From contig JAWKJA010000003.1 in assembly GCA_041394025.1 (NCBI GenBank), positions 79,397 to 143,396 on the forward strand: 64,000 nucleotides of DNA. The letters run 5' to 3'. Below, piece after piece: positions 1 through 8,756 of this stretch (position 1 is its first letter; each line of letters opens with the position of its first letter). The notes under the pieces were generated by a model. The model was not told the origin of the DNA and did no database searches. It saw only the letters and a program-made list of their open reading frames with translations. Both the position numbers and the translations under genes were made by a program. The DNA is from Acidimicrobiia bacterium (lineage in GTDB: Bacteria; Actinomycetota; Acidimicrobiia; IMCC26256; JAOSJL01).

Positions 1-840
1 CCACCCGAACAGTGTCTCGGGGACGTCGTCGCCTGTCTCCCCCACGAGCTCGATCGCCGCGAACTTCTCGGGCTCGTTCTCGAAGACGTACCGGGCGAGT
101 GAGTCACCCACGACCATCTGCACCGGTGTCGCGATCGCTGCGACCGTGAACGGGATGATGAAGCCGAGGCGGTGGTACCGGTCGTTGCGGCCCCGCAACA
201 TCCCGAAGGCGTAGACGGACGCCACGAGGAACCCGCCCACGAGGTACGCGGCCACGACCATGTGTGCCGCCTGAAGGGGCATCGCGTCGTTGAAGATCAC
301 GCCGAGCGGGTCGACGTCGGTGACCTTGCCGGCGGCGTCGAGCGTGTAGCCCGCCGGCTGGTTCATCCAGGCGTTGGCCGCCACCACCGAGATGCTCCCG
401 CCGATCCCGGCGATCACCACGGGCACGCCTGTCCAGAAGTGCGGCCAGGGTTTCAGGCGCCGCCAGCCGTAGATGTAGATGGCGATGAAGATCGCCTCGG
501 TGAAGAAGAACAGGCCCTCGACGGCGAAGGGAATCCCGAAGGCCTCGCCCCACCGGTCCATGAATCTCGGCCACAGAAGGCCGAACTCGAAGGTGAGGAC
601 GGTCCCCGTGACGGCTCCCACGGCGAACGTGACCGCCATGTACTTCGACCACCGCTGCGCCAGCCGCAGGGCATCGGCGTCGTCATGCTTGATCCCGCGG
701 TAGTTGGCGATGAGCGCCATGGCCGCCCACGAGACACCCAGTGGCACGAGGACGATGTGGAAGGCGAGGGTGAACGCCATCTGTCCGCGTGCCCACGGCA
801 CCGGGTCGACAGCGAGGATCTGTGACCCGAGGTCGATCAT
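1..840 (-). CDS. cydA: cytochrome bd ubiquinol oxidase subunit I (first 280 codons; C-terminus lies beyond the window start)
   Basis: Own translation from ATG at 840 on the minus strand: MIDLGSQILAVDPVPWARGQMAFTLAFHIVLVPLGV...FAVEGLFFFTEAIFIAIYIYGWRRL...AANAWMNQPAGY. These are typical CydA helices and the start of the Q-loop. Not in the ORF track because no stop falls inside the window. Confidence 0.85.
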   Translation of the reverse strand, partial: MIDLGSQILAVDPVPWARGQMAFTLAFHIVLVPLGVSWAAMALIANYRGIKHDDADALRLAQRWSKYMAVTFAVGAVTGTVLTFEFGLLWPRFMDRWGEAFGIPFAVEGLFFFTEAIFIAIYIYGWRRLKPWPHFWTGVPVVIAGIGGSISVVAANAWMNQPAGYTLDAAGKVTDVDPLGVIFNDAMPLQAAHMVVAAYLVGGFLVASVYAFGMLRGRNDRYHRLGFIIPFTVAAIATPVQMVVGDSLARYVFENEPEKFAAIELVGETGDDVPETLFGW

Positions 841-1219
841 CGGACGTCCCGGTCAGCGGGGCGCATCAGCTCACATTCCCGGAGCGACTCACGCTCGCCC
901 GACCCGATCCGGATGTGGAGAGCGACTCGGTGCGGCGAGGCCTGCCCCGGTTCGCTCACCGCCCCCGACCACGCCACATCCCCTGCTCGACCGAACACGC
1001 CGACGGCCCTGTCGCGTCCACCGGGCGGCAGCCTACCGAGTGACCGGCATCGTCTGTTCGACCTCCGCCGCGGGTCGCTGTGCCTACAGCGTGCAGCGCC
1101 GGAGGCGCCACACCGATCGAACCTGAATCCCCGCTGACGGTCCAGCCCGGGTTCAGGCTGCCTTCAGGGTCGTCGCCGTAGGACTCCGACTACCGAAGCA
1201 CCCGGACGGGAGGCCCGCC

Positions 1220-2203
1220 GTGGCACGTCGATCAGAAGAAGCCGGAACGAGACAGGATCAGACGGGACGACGTCGATCGGAGCAGCGTGAACCGTCGGGC
1301 TCCCGATCCGGTCCGGCGACCCGCCGTGCGCTCCGGGCCGTCGGAGCCCTGTCGGCGCTCGCACTCGTCGTCTCGAGCTGTGGCGGAAGCGGCAGCTCGG
1401 ACTCCGGTGCCTCGGGCTCTGACGAGTCGCTGGACTGCGGCACCACGGTCGAGGTGGACCCGGCGAACTTCGTCGACCCCACGACCGACACGAATCCGTA
1501 CCACCCGCTCACGCCGGGTCTGCAGTGGGTGCGGGGCGGGTCCACGCTCGTCGGCGACCGCGAGGTTCCCCACGAGGTCATCACCACGATGACCGATGTG
1601 ATCCGGGAGATCGACGGGATCCCGACCGTCGCCATGCTCGACGAGTCGACCGACTCGGGCGAGGTCGCCCAGGTCGGAATGGACTACATGGCGCTCGACA
1701 GGGACGGCAACGTCTGGATCCTCGGGGGCTACACCGAGGAGTACGAGGGCGGCGAGTACACCAACACCGAGGGCGCCTGGCTCGGCGACGCCGACGGAGG
1801 AATGGTGGGCATCCTCGCGCCTGCCGACGTCACGATGGACACACCCCGCTGGTGTATCGGCGCCGCCCCGGACGAGGACCCGTCGGTCGGTGAGCCCGTC
1901 GAGGTCGGTGTCAGGGAGTGCGTGGCCTTCGGCTGCTACGACAACGTCCGGGTGATCCAGGAGGGCGAGGCCGGCGCCCCCGACAACGAAAACAAGTACT
2001 ACGCACCCGGCGTCGGGGTCATCAACAACGTCCCGCTCGACGCGAGCCTGCACAAGGACCGCTTCGAGCTCCTCAACCTCGTCGAGCTGAGCCCCGAGGG
2101 CCTGGCCGAGGCGAGCCAGACGGTGCTCGACCTCGAGGCCCACGCCCGTGAGACGGCTCCCGACGTGTTCGGTGCGGCACCCGAGTCGGAGCGGGCGAGT
2201 TGA
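1220..2203 (+). CDS. secreted lipoprotein of unknown function, first gene of the ABC/FtsX cluster
   Basis: ORF track, 327 aa. Arg-rich N-terminus followed by lipobox ALALVVSSC. Its stop overlaps the next start (TTGA). Confidence 0.6.
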   Translation: MARRSEEAGTRQDQTGRRRSEQREPSGSRSGPATRRALRAVGALSALALVVSSCGGSGSSDSGASGSDESLDCGTTVEVDPANFVDPTTDTNPYHPLTPGLQWVRGGSTLVGDREVPHEVITTMTDVIREIDGIPTVAMLDESTDSGEVAQVGMDYMALDRDGNVWILGGYTEEYEGGEYTNTEGAWLGDADGGMVGILAPADVTMDTPRWCIGAAPDEDPSVGEPVEVGVRECVAFGCYDNVRVIQEGEAGAPDNENKYYAPGVGVINNVPLDASLHKDRFELLNLVELSPEGLAEASQTVLDLEAHARETAPDVFGAAPESERAS

Positions 2204-2877
2204 CCGCTTCGCCTGTGCTGCACGTGAGGGGCCTGTCGAAGTCCTTCGGACAGGCCGATGGCGATCCCGTGCCGGTGCTCGCCGACGTGGACCTGACGGT
2301 TCAGCCCGGCGAGAAGGCCAGCCTCATCGGGCTCTCGGGGAGCGGGAAGTCGACCCTGCTGTCGCTCGTGGCCGGGCTGCTGAACCCCGACCACGGCTCG
2401 GTCTCCGTCGACGGTGTGACGCTCGGCGACCTGAGCGAGCCGGCTCGGGCCCGGCTGCGGGCCGAGCGCATCGGCATCGCCCTCCAGGCCGACAACCTCA
2501 TCCCGTTCCTTTCGGCGCGCGAGAACGTGGAGCTCGCCCTCGCCTTCGGGAGTCGACGGTCCCGACACGACGCCAAGGCGCGCGCGCTCGAGCTGCTGGG
2601 TGCGTTCGGAGTGGAGCACCGAGCGGACCACCGCCCACGCCGTCTCTCGGGGGGCGAGGCGCAGCGTGTCGCGCTGGCCGTTGCGGTCGCCAACGATCCG
2701 GACCTCGTACTCGCCGACGAGGTCGTCGCCCAGCTCGACGGGCAGACCGCCGGTCACGTCATCGACACGGTGCTCGAGGCCGACTACGCGTTGCTCTACG
2801 TCACCCACGACCGTGGACTCGCCGACCGGGTGGACGCCCGCTACGAGCTCGCCGACCACCGTGTGCGGCGCCGATGA
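2200..2877 (+). CDS. ABC transporter ATP-binding protein (MacB/LolD-like, paralog 1)
   Basis: Walker A GLSGSGKST, signature LSGGEAQRV, Walker B LVLADE, H-loop VTHD. TTG start at 2200; GTG at 2215 is also possible. Confidence 0.85.
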   Translation: MTASPVLHVRGLSKSFGQADGDPVPVLADVDLTVQPGEKASLIGLSGSGKSTLLSLVAGLLNPDHGSVSVDGVTLGDLSEPARARLRAERIGIALQADNLIPFLSARENVELALAFGSRRSRHDAKARALELLGAFGVEHRADHRPRRLSGGEAQRVALAVAVANDPDLVLADEVVAQLDGQTAGHVIDTVLEADYALLYVTHDRGLADRVDARYELADHRVRRR

Positions 2878-3587
2878 GCTCCGCCAACCGGATCGAGACG
2901 AGCGCGCTCACCGTCGAGCACGCAACACCGGGCGGGCTTGTACGGGCACTGGAACACGCCGGTCTCACCATCGAGGGGGGCGAGGGTGTGGCCATCATGG
3001 GACCGAGCGGATGCGGGAAGTCGACGCTGCTGGGTCTGCTCGCGGGACTCGCGCTCCCGACGTCGGGACACGTCGCGATCGGTCCGACCGCGATCTCGGC
3101 TCTCTCCGAGCGAGAACGGGCCGCGTTTCGACGCCGGTGGATCGGCATGGTCTACCAGGCCGACAACCTCCTCCCTCACCTCACCGTCGAGGAGAACGTG
3201 GGTCTCCAACTCGCGATCGGACGGCCCGTTGCCCCCGCCTTCGGGGGCGAACCGCGGACTGTGCTCGACCGGCTCGGACTCCAGGGTCTCTGGACGCGCC
3301 TGCCCGACCAGCTCTCGGGAGGACAGCGTCAGCGGGTGGCGATCGCCCGCGCCGTGATCTGTGGGCCCGCCGTGATCCTTGCCGACGAGCCGACCGGGGC
3401 GCTCGACGCCGACAACGCCCGTCGAGTGATCGAACTTCTCGTCGAGGTCCACACCGAGATCGGGGCGACGCTGGTCGTCGTCACCCACGATCCGACCATC
3501 GCCGGTCGTGTGGCACGGACCGAGCACCTCGCTCGACCCCGACGACACGAGGAGCCGGCCGGTGCTGGCGCGATACGTCCTCGCTGA
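2874..3587 (+). CDS. ABC transporter ATP-binding protein (MacB/LolD-like, paralog 2)
   Basis: In-frame ATG at 2874 inside ORF 2148..3587 (ATGA overlap with the upstream stop). Motifs GPSGCGKST, LSGGQRQRV, ILADEPTGALD, VVTHD. The upstream 242 codons of the ORF are Arg/Pro-rich shadow sequence. Confidence 0.85.
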   Translation: MSSANRIETSALTVEHATPGGLVRALEHAGLTIEGGEGVAIMGPSGCGKSTLLGLLAGLALPTSGHVAIGPTAISALSERERAAFRRRWIGMVYQADNLLPHLTVEENVGLQLAIGRPVAPAFGGEPRTVLDRLGLQGLWTRLPDQLSGGQRQRVAIARAVICGPAVILADEPTGALDADNARRVIELLVEVHTEIGATLVVVTHDPTIAGRVARTEHLARPRRHEEPAGAGAIRPR

Positions 3588-6500
3588 CCTGTGGCGGAAC
3601 CCTCGACGCACGCTGTCGACGATGGTCGGCGTCAGCCTCGGGGTCGGGCTGTTCTGTGGCGTGCTGTTCTTCGTGGACGGGCTCTCGGCGTCGATGACCC
3701 AGCGCGCCGTCGAGCCACTCGCGATCGACATGCAGCGCGTCGTCACCGAGCGAGCCGCCGGCACGCTCGAGCTCACCCAGACCGTCGACCCGCCGGACAC
3801 CCTGGCGGCAGGCGACGAGGCCGAGATCAGCATCGACGTCCGGAATCCCGGTGATGTCGCTGCTCACGAGGTGACGATCCGATCACTCCCGTCCACCGGG
3901 CTCCGGTTCGTCCCTGACTCCGCCCGCCTCGACGACGGCCCCATCGAGGGCTTCGACGACAACCCACTCTCTTCGGGTCCGGGACAGAACGGCTTCAACA
4001 TCGGAACGCTGGAGCCCGGCGCCTCCCACCGGCTGACGTACCGCGTGAGAGCCGAGACGACGACGGCGGTCGACGACAGCATGGCGGCCACGACGTACTC
4101 GAGTCGCGAGTCGCTCAACCCCACCCCGGCGAACCAGCCGCCGCCTCAACAGGTCGACGAGCTGGCTCGCCAGATCGCAGAACTCCCCGGGGTCGCCAAC
4201 GCCAGTGCCCTGTCGATCGCCGATCTCGGACCGGCCTCTCTTCGGGCCTCGTCAGTGACGGCGGAAGGCCCGGCCAAGATCTTCGGCTTCGATGACGAGT
4301 ACGCCCGGGATGATTCCACGATCTCCATCACCGAAGGGGCTCTCGCCGGCGACGGTGCTGTTCTCAGCGCAGAGGCTGCAACCGCGCTCGGCATCTCGAT
4401 CGGCGACATCACAACGGTCGTGTTGCCCGACGACACGACGCTCGACCTGCCGGTGACGGGTGTCGCCGACCTGTCCCGATCACGCTCGTTGTTTTCCAGT
4501 CGGCGCGGCGGCGATCTCGAAACCTTCATCTACACGCCCAACGCGGTGATCGTCTCCCCGGCAACGTTCGCCGACTCCGTCTTCCCGGCCTACGAACGTG
4601 CCATCACGGCGGGGGCGGGACGGCTGAAGAATCCACCGATCCGGGAGGTCGACATCGCCGTTGACCGTGATGCCCTCGCGGCAGCTCCCGCGACGGCGCT
4701 GGTGGAGACCGAGCACATCGCCTCCGACGTGATGAGCGTGGCCGAAGGCCAGGACTACCTGCTCGACAACATCTCGAACACCCTGGGCGTCGCAGTAGGC
4801 GACGCGGCGGCTGCGAAGCGGCTCTTCGTGTTCCTCGGCGTTCCCGGTGCCGTGCTCGCGGCGATGCTCGCCGCGTACGCGGGCAACGTGCTCGCCGAAG
4901 CGCAGCGCCGGGAGCACGCCACGCTGCGCATCCGGGGCGCCGGCCGCCGCCACCTCCTCCGCATGCTCGCTCTGCACACCGCGCTCATCACCGGCGTCGG
5001 CGCTCTCGTCGGGTTGGTGGCCGGATTCGCCGCCGCGGGTGCCATCCTGGGACGGACCTCGCTCGAGCGCGCCAGCACGGCGAGCCTCGCGACGTCCGCC
5101 GTCGTCGGCACACTGGGCGGTTTCGTCGTCACGGGTTTCGCCCTGTATGCGACAGGCCGGCGCTCCATCGACCGCGAGATCAACGAGGACCGCCGTCGCC
5201 TCGACGAGCGAGCCCCGTTGTGGCGACGGGCTCGACTCGACCTCGTCGCGACCGGTGTTCTCGTCGTCGGAACCGTGTTGGCGCTTCGATCGGGTGCGTT
5301 CGACGGCACACCCGGATCCGTGTACTTCGGACGCTCCGTCGAGCTCGACCTCCCACTGCTCGTTCTGCCCCTCGCGGCATGGCTCGCGGGGAGCCTGCTC
5401 GCGGCCCGTGTCCTGTCCGCACTCCTGTCGCGCGCGCGACCGACCTCGACACCGCACATCGGCCCGCCGGGTCCCGAGCTGTTCCGTCGCAGCGTGGGAC
5501 GCCGACCCTGGGCCATCAGCAACGGAGCGATCGTGGCATCGCTCATCGTGGCTCTGGCCACCTGCCTCGCGGCGTTCACGGCGTCGTACGACGCTGCCAA
5601 GGTCGACGACGCCCGCTACGCCAACGGCGCGGACATCCGCGTGACGCCCAGTCCGACCGCCGAACAGGTCTACGGCGTCCAGGACGCCGGAACCTTCGCC
5701 GCCGATGGCGTCGACACGCCCACCCCGGTGATCTACGGGCTGAGCAACGTGATTCTTCGCAGCGATCGCACGTCGGATCCCGCCAACCTGGCCGCGCTGG
5801 ATCCCGCGGCCTTCGTGACGACGGCCCCCGTCGACCACGAGGCGACGACGTTGCTCGAGGAGATCGACGCTGATCCGACGGCGGTGCTCGTGAGCCTCGA
5901 GATGGCCGACCACCTCCAGGTTCAGGAGGGCGACACGATCCATGTGCTCCTGGCGCGGGCCACGCCCGACCAGGTCGAGATCGACGCGCAGGTCACCGGG
6001 CTCTTCGAGCGGCTGCCGGGCTTTCCCGAGGGCGCTGATGCGGTCATGTCCATCGAGACCCACACGGAGCAGGTACCGGACAAGGCCCCGGACTTCTTCC
6101 TCGCTTCCGTCGGCGGGAGCGACAGCCAGTCACTGAACTCGGCCGTCGACGCGCTGCGTCAGGGTTCGGCTGCCGCCGACGGCTTCCAGATCGACACGCG
6201 CGAGACGCTGCTCGACCGGGACCAGTCGAGCCTCGCCGCACTGAACATCGCGGGCCTCGTCGATCTCGACTCGGGCTTCGCACTCGCCATGGCGACGGTC
6301 GCCATCGCCATCTTCGTGTTCGGTCTCCTCCTCCAGAGGCGAAGGGAGTACGTGACACTGCGCGCCCAGGGCCTCGAGTCCCGTACCGTCCGTTCGCTGA
6401 TCACGGCGGAGGCGGCGACGGTCGCCGTCGGCGGCGCCGCCGCAGGCCTGCTCATCGGTGCGGCGATGGGCTACTACTTCGTCGCCGTCCTGCGTCCGCT

Positions 6501-6648
6501 GTTCGTCCTCGCTCCCGACTACACGCTTCCCGCCGCCACCATCGCCCGGCCCGTTGTCCTGCTTCTGTTCGCCACTGTGCTGGCCTCCCTCGTCGGCTCA
6601 CGGCTCGTCAACGCGCTCGAGCCAACCGAGCTGCTCCGGGACGAGTGA
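3562..6648 (+). CDS. FtsX-family ABC permease, very large, two FtsX modules, extracytoplasmic DUF11/CARDB-like segment
   Basis: ORF 3508..6648. VLARYVLADLWRNPRRTLSTMVGVSLGVGLF is a typical FtsX permease N-terminus, so GTG 3562 was chosen (3508 is possible). Several hydrophobic clusters, including a C-terminal four-helix block. ELTQTVDPPDTLAAGDEAEISIDVRNPGDVAAHEVTIRSLPSTGLRFVPDS reads like a DUF11 repeat. Confidence 0.8.
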   Translation: MLARYVLADLWRNPRRTLSTMVGVSLGVGLFCGVLFFVDGLSASMTQRAVEPLAIDMQRVVTERAAGTLELTQTVDPPDTLAAGDEAEISIDVRNPGDVAAHEVTIRSLPSTGLRFVPDSARLDDGPIEGFDDNPLSSGPGQNGFNIGTLEPGASHRLTYRVRAETTTAVDDSMAATTYSSRESLNPTPANQPPPQQVDELARQIAELPGVANASALSIADLGPASLRASSVTAEGPAKIFGFDDEYARDDSTISITEGALAGDGAVLSAEAATALGISIGDITTVVLPDDTTLDLPVTGVADLSRSRSLFSSRRGGDLETFIYTPNAVIVSPATFADSVFPAYERAITAGAGRLKNPPIREVDIAVDRDALAAAPATALVETEHIASDVMSVAEGQDYLLDNISNTLGVAVGDAAAAKRLFVFLGVPGAVLAAMLAAYAGNVLAEAQRREHATLRIRGAGRRHLLRMLALHTALITGVGALVGLVAGFAAAGAILGRTSLERASTASLATSAVVGTLGGFVVTGFALYATGRRSIDREINEDRRRLDERAPLWRRARLDLVATGVLVVGTVLALRSGAFDGTPGSVYFGRSVELDLPLLVLPLAAWLAGSLLAARVLSALLSRARPTSTPHIGPPGPELFRRSVGRRPWAISNGAIVASLIVALATCLAAFTASYDAAKVDDARYANGADIRVTPSPTAEQVYGVQDAGTFAADGVDTPTPVIYGLSNVILRSDRTSDPANLAALDPAAFVTTAPVDHEATTLLEEIDADPTAVLVSLEMADHLQVQEGDTIHVLLARATPDQVEIDAQVTGLFERLPGFPEGADAVMSIETHTEQVPDKAPDFFLASVGGSDSQSLNSAVDALRQGSAAADGFQIDTRETLLDRDQSSLAALNIAGLVDLDSGFALAMATVAIAIFVFGLLLQRRREYVTLRAQGLESRTVRSLITAEAATVAVGGAAAGLLIGAAMGYYFVAVLRPLFVLAPDYTLPAATIARPVVLLLFATVLASLVGSRLVNALEPTELLRDE

Positions 6649-6847
6649 CGCTCGCAGGAATCCCACGAACACTGATCTGCCGCCACGACCTCTCGGGCGA
6701 CCCCACCGTTGGTGCCGAGCGCCGCGTTGTTGGTGCGACGCCCGAGGACTGATGGAGCCTCCTGGGCTGGCTACGCACCGTCGACGAGCGGGATCACTCC
6801 GGCGCCGCGGGTCGCGTTGTCGGCTCCTGGGCTCCGCGACGTCCACC

Positions 6848-7003
6848 GGCCGGTAGATTCGTGCCAGGAAACGGCGATCGAAATCGGCGAGTCCGGTTTT
6901 CGACCACGTTTTCTACATGCCCCGCCCTCGTGGGGCCGGTAGAAGACCCTCCGGGCAACGGTCGTAGAGCGGGCTCGGAACGGATTTCGCGGATTCTCAG
7001 AAC
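6848..7003 (+). repeat. repeat copy A: 84-nt tRNA-Arg leader plus 5' stub (6848-6931), then a shared second module (6932-7003)
   Basis: GGCCGGTAGATTC...CGACCACGTTTTCTACATGCCCCGCCCTCGT, then GGGGCCGGTAGAAGACC...GCGGGCTCGGAACGGATTTCGC. Colinear with the copies at 16888 and 39750. Confidence 0.85.
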
Positions 7004-7094
7004 GTGCCGTCTCAGGACCAAGCGGGAACTCTTGGCCGCGGGTGTCGTTCACCGGTGGGCAGTCGCCGAGCCGCGGAGGTGGGATCACCGCCCG

Positions 7095-7496
7095 TCAACT
7101 GGCGAGGATCTGACTGACCCGCTGGTGTGACACACCGATCAACGATCCGACATCGCGGGTCGGTAGACCAGCCTCTCGGAGCTTGAGTGCCACCGTGCGT
7201 CGAATCTCAGCTTCGGTAGCTCTGGCGTCTCTTGCTGCGGCGACACTGTCCTCGAGCGCCGAAAGGAGCTCACCGACGTCCGCTGGTGGTTCGACGTGAA
7301 CATCGAGACTGTCGATATCGCTCTCGTCGACGTCGGTCATGAGCGCGATGACTTCACGAGCCATGTCTTCAACCTGGTCGAGGCGGCGTGCCTGCGAGAA
7401 GGCTCCCGGCAGATCGGGGATCTCGATCGTCCACCAGTTACCTGACCGGACAACGTCGACCCGGTAGTTCGACGCCGCGCTCTTGTTCCTAGCCAT
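7095..7496 (-). CDS. hicB: HicB-family antitoxin with C-terminal HTH
   Basis: YRVDVVRSGNWWTIEIPDLPGAFSQARRLDQVEDMAREVIALM is a HicB N-domain; LPTRDVGSLIGVSHQRVSQIL is an HTH. Overlaps hicA by 8 nt. Confidence 0.8.
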   Translation of the reverse strand: MARNKSAASNYRVDVVRSGNWWTIEIPDLPGAFSQARRLDQVEDMAREVIALMTDVDESDIDSLDVHVEPPADVGELLSALEDSVAAARDARATEAEIRRTVALKLREAGLPTRDVGSLIGVSHQRVSQILAS

Positions 7497-7692
7497 GCGC
7501 TGTCACCTCCTCGGCGAACTTGATGATGCTTCGGGCCGTCCGTTCGTTGATCTCGGTGTGGCGAGGGACTGCGACGCGTTGGCCCGAGATTGCCCAGATC
7601 TCATGATTGGAACCCTCCCGAACGAACTGCAACTCCTCACCTGCCTCCTTGGCGATGGACCGCAGCCGCTTGATCAGTGCTTTGCGCTTCAC
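7489..7692 (-). CDS. hicA: HicA-family mRNA interferase toxin
   Basis: 67 aa: KRKALIKRLRSIAKEAG..FVREGSNHEIW....VAVPRHTEINERTARSIIK. Size and motifs fit HicA/YcfA. GTG start. Confidence 0.8.
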   Translation of the reverse strand: MKRKALIKRLRSIAKEAGEELQFVREGSNHEIWAISGQRVAVPRHTEINERTARSIIKFAEEVTAHG

Positions 7693-7710
7693 CAGTGTAA
7701 GGCTAGCTAT

Positions 7711-7729
7711 CTTGCCAACTCAAGGCAAG
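7711..7729. promoter_or_regulatory. inverted repeat CTTGCC-N7-GGCAAG just upstream of hicA (candidate HicB operator)
   Basis: Read directly. Lies 19-37 nt upstream of the hicA start, in a visibly more AT-rich stretch. Confidence 0.3.
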
Positions 7730-7811
7730 GGCGCCTAGCCTTTGTTCAGCAGAAGAACACCCGCGAAGCAGAGCAGTACGACAAGTTGCCGAGTGGGCGA
7801 GCGCCCTTACT

Positions 7812-8756
7812 TCAGCATTTGCCGTCGACGGCGCCGAAGGTGGCGATCGTGACGGAGCGCCCGATCAGGGATGCGACCTCCTCTGCGAGTTCTTCGTTGC
7901 CCACGAGAGCCAGCATTCTGGCGTCGTCGTGTCCGAAGAAGGCCTCCACGATTGGTAGCCGACTCGTGAGTGCGTCCGCCTGGGCGCGGAGCTCTTCGTT
8001 GAACGCCACCTGCACAGCCGAGTTGTCCTGAATGGACAATGACTTGTACCTCTCGCCGCTGATGCGGTCCGTTGCGTCAGCCGCGGGGTTCGCGCGGTAC
8101 TCGCACTCCGTCGATGTCGCCAGTTCGTCCGGCCGATTCGGCGGAGCCTCAGCAACGATCGCCCAGTCATGGATCTCCCACGGGTAGATGGACAGTCGCG
8201 AGCGTTCCCCGGGCAGCAGGTCACCCTCGATCACACCCGGTGTCCCCCGGCCGTCGTCGACGTCCACATCCTCGGGCCACGTGTCGAGGTCGAGCGACCA
8301 TGTACCGAGACAGACCTCGGGGAACCCAGCCTCTGGCCCGCCAGGAAAGCAGTACGCCGGATCGCCGTCGTTGTAGAACACGGTCCCCGCGAACTGCGCG
8401 GAAACGTCGTTCAAGCCGACCTCGTCACCCAAGGACAACAGTTCCCTGGTCAAGGCTGGGAAGCCGAGTGCGGCACTGATCTCGCGAGAGAGTTCGAGTT
8501 CCTCCCGCCTCTGGGCGATGTAGTCGGGCGTCAGAACCGCCTTCGACCGCTCGGTAAGATCCGCGGGAATCAGGCTCACTGCGGGCACGGAGGTGTCCGC
8601 CTGTCCACTGCCGTCGGACCCGTGCTCGGACACCGCCGACTCGGAGGCACACGCGACTACGAGAACCAGCAGCGCGACCAGCAGGCCTCTTGCCGCCTTC
8701 GCGCACAAGAATCGTCGCTCACGCACAGCCGGGAGGCCCTTCCGTAGCGGGTTCAT
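7812..8756 (-). CDS. lipoprotein of unknown function (last gene of the ECF-Kelch-BNR operon)
   Basis: ORF 7812..8780. Lipobox LVLVVACAS. Start uncertain (8780 or ATG 8756); either overlaps the upstream gene end. Confidence 0.55.
   Translation of the reverse strand: MNPLRKGLPAVRERRFLCAKAARGLLVALLVLVVACASESAVSEHGSDGSGQADTSVPAVSLIPADLTERSKAVLTPDYIAQRREELELSREISAALGFPALTRELLSLGDEVGLNDVSAQFAGTVFYNDGDPAYCFPGGPEAGFPEVCLGTWSLDLDTWPEDVDVDDGRGTPGVIEGDLLPGERSRLSIYPWEIHDWAIVAEAPPNRPDELATSTECEYRANPAADATDRISGERYKSLSIQDNSAVQVAFNEELRAQADALTSRLPIVEAFFGHDDARMLALVGNEELAEEVASLIGRSVTIATFGAVDGKC

Noticed and set aside
2148-2873. A 242-codon N-terminal extension of the second ABC ATPase ORF. Similar extensions occur at 24637-24975 (cyclase), 27405-27701 (TlpA-like), 29309-29620 (M56), 52644-52937 (GNAT), 58486-58848 (response regulator), 59460-59648 (kinase) and 60466-60684 (ribB).
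   Set aside because: Each extension overlaps a better-supported upstream gene or regulatory element, is Arg/Pro-rich, and ends at an internal start that gives a canonical N-terminus, often with a 4-nt overlap to the upstream stop.
4480-6063. Long antisense ORFs opposite membrane-protein genes: 4480..6063 against the FtsX permease, 23354..24952 against the ABC-2 permease, and 29753..31246 against the APC permease.
   Set aside because: Charged, low-complexity translations with no motifs. The sense frames give coherent TM proteins.
6880-6915. The GAGTCCGGTTTTCGACCACG stretch (and its equivalents in copies B and C) resembles the GG(A/T)TTCGAC 5' region of tmRNA.
   Set aside because: There is no GGGG acceptor start with a G:U pair, no tag reading frame, and no 3' T-arm/CCA end. 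The tRNA-Arg begins about 45 nt later, leaving no room for a tmRNA.
6932-7003. Calling the second module of copies A and B a tRNA pseudogene feature.
   Set aside because: Only D-loop-like and T-arm-like fragments are present. No anticodon arm or 3' acceptor strand can be drawn. It is kept as an observation, not annotated as tRNA.
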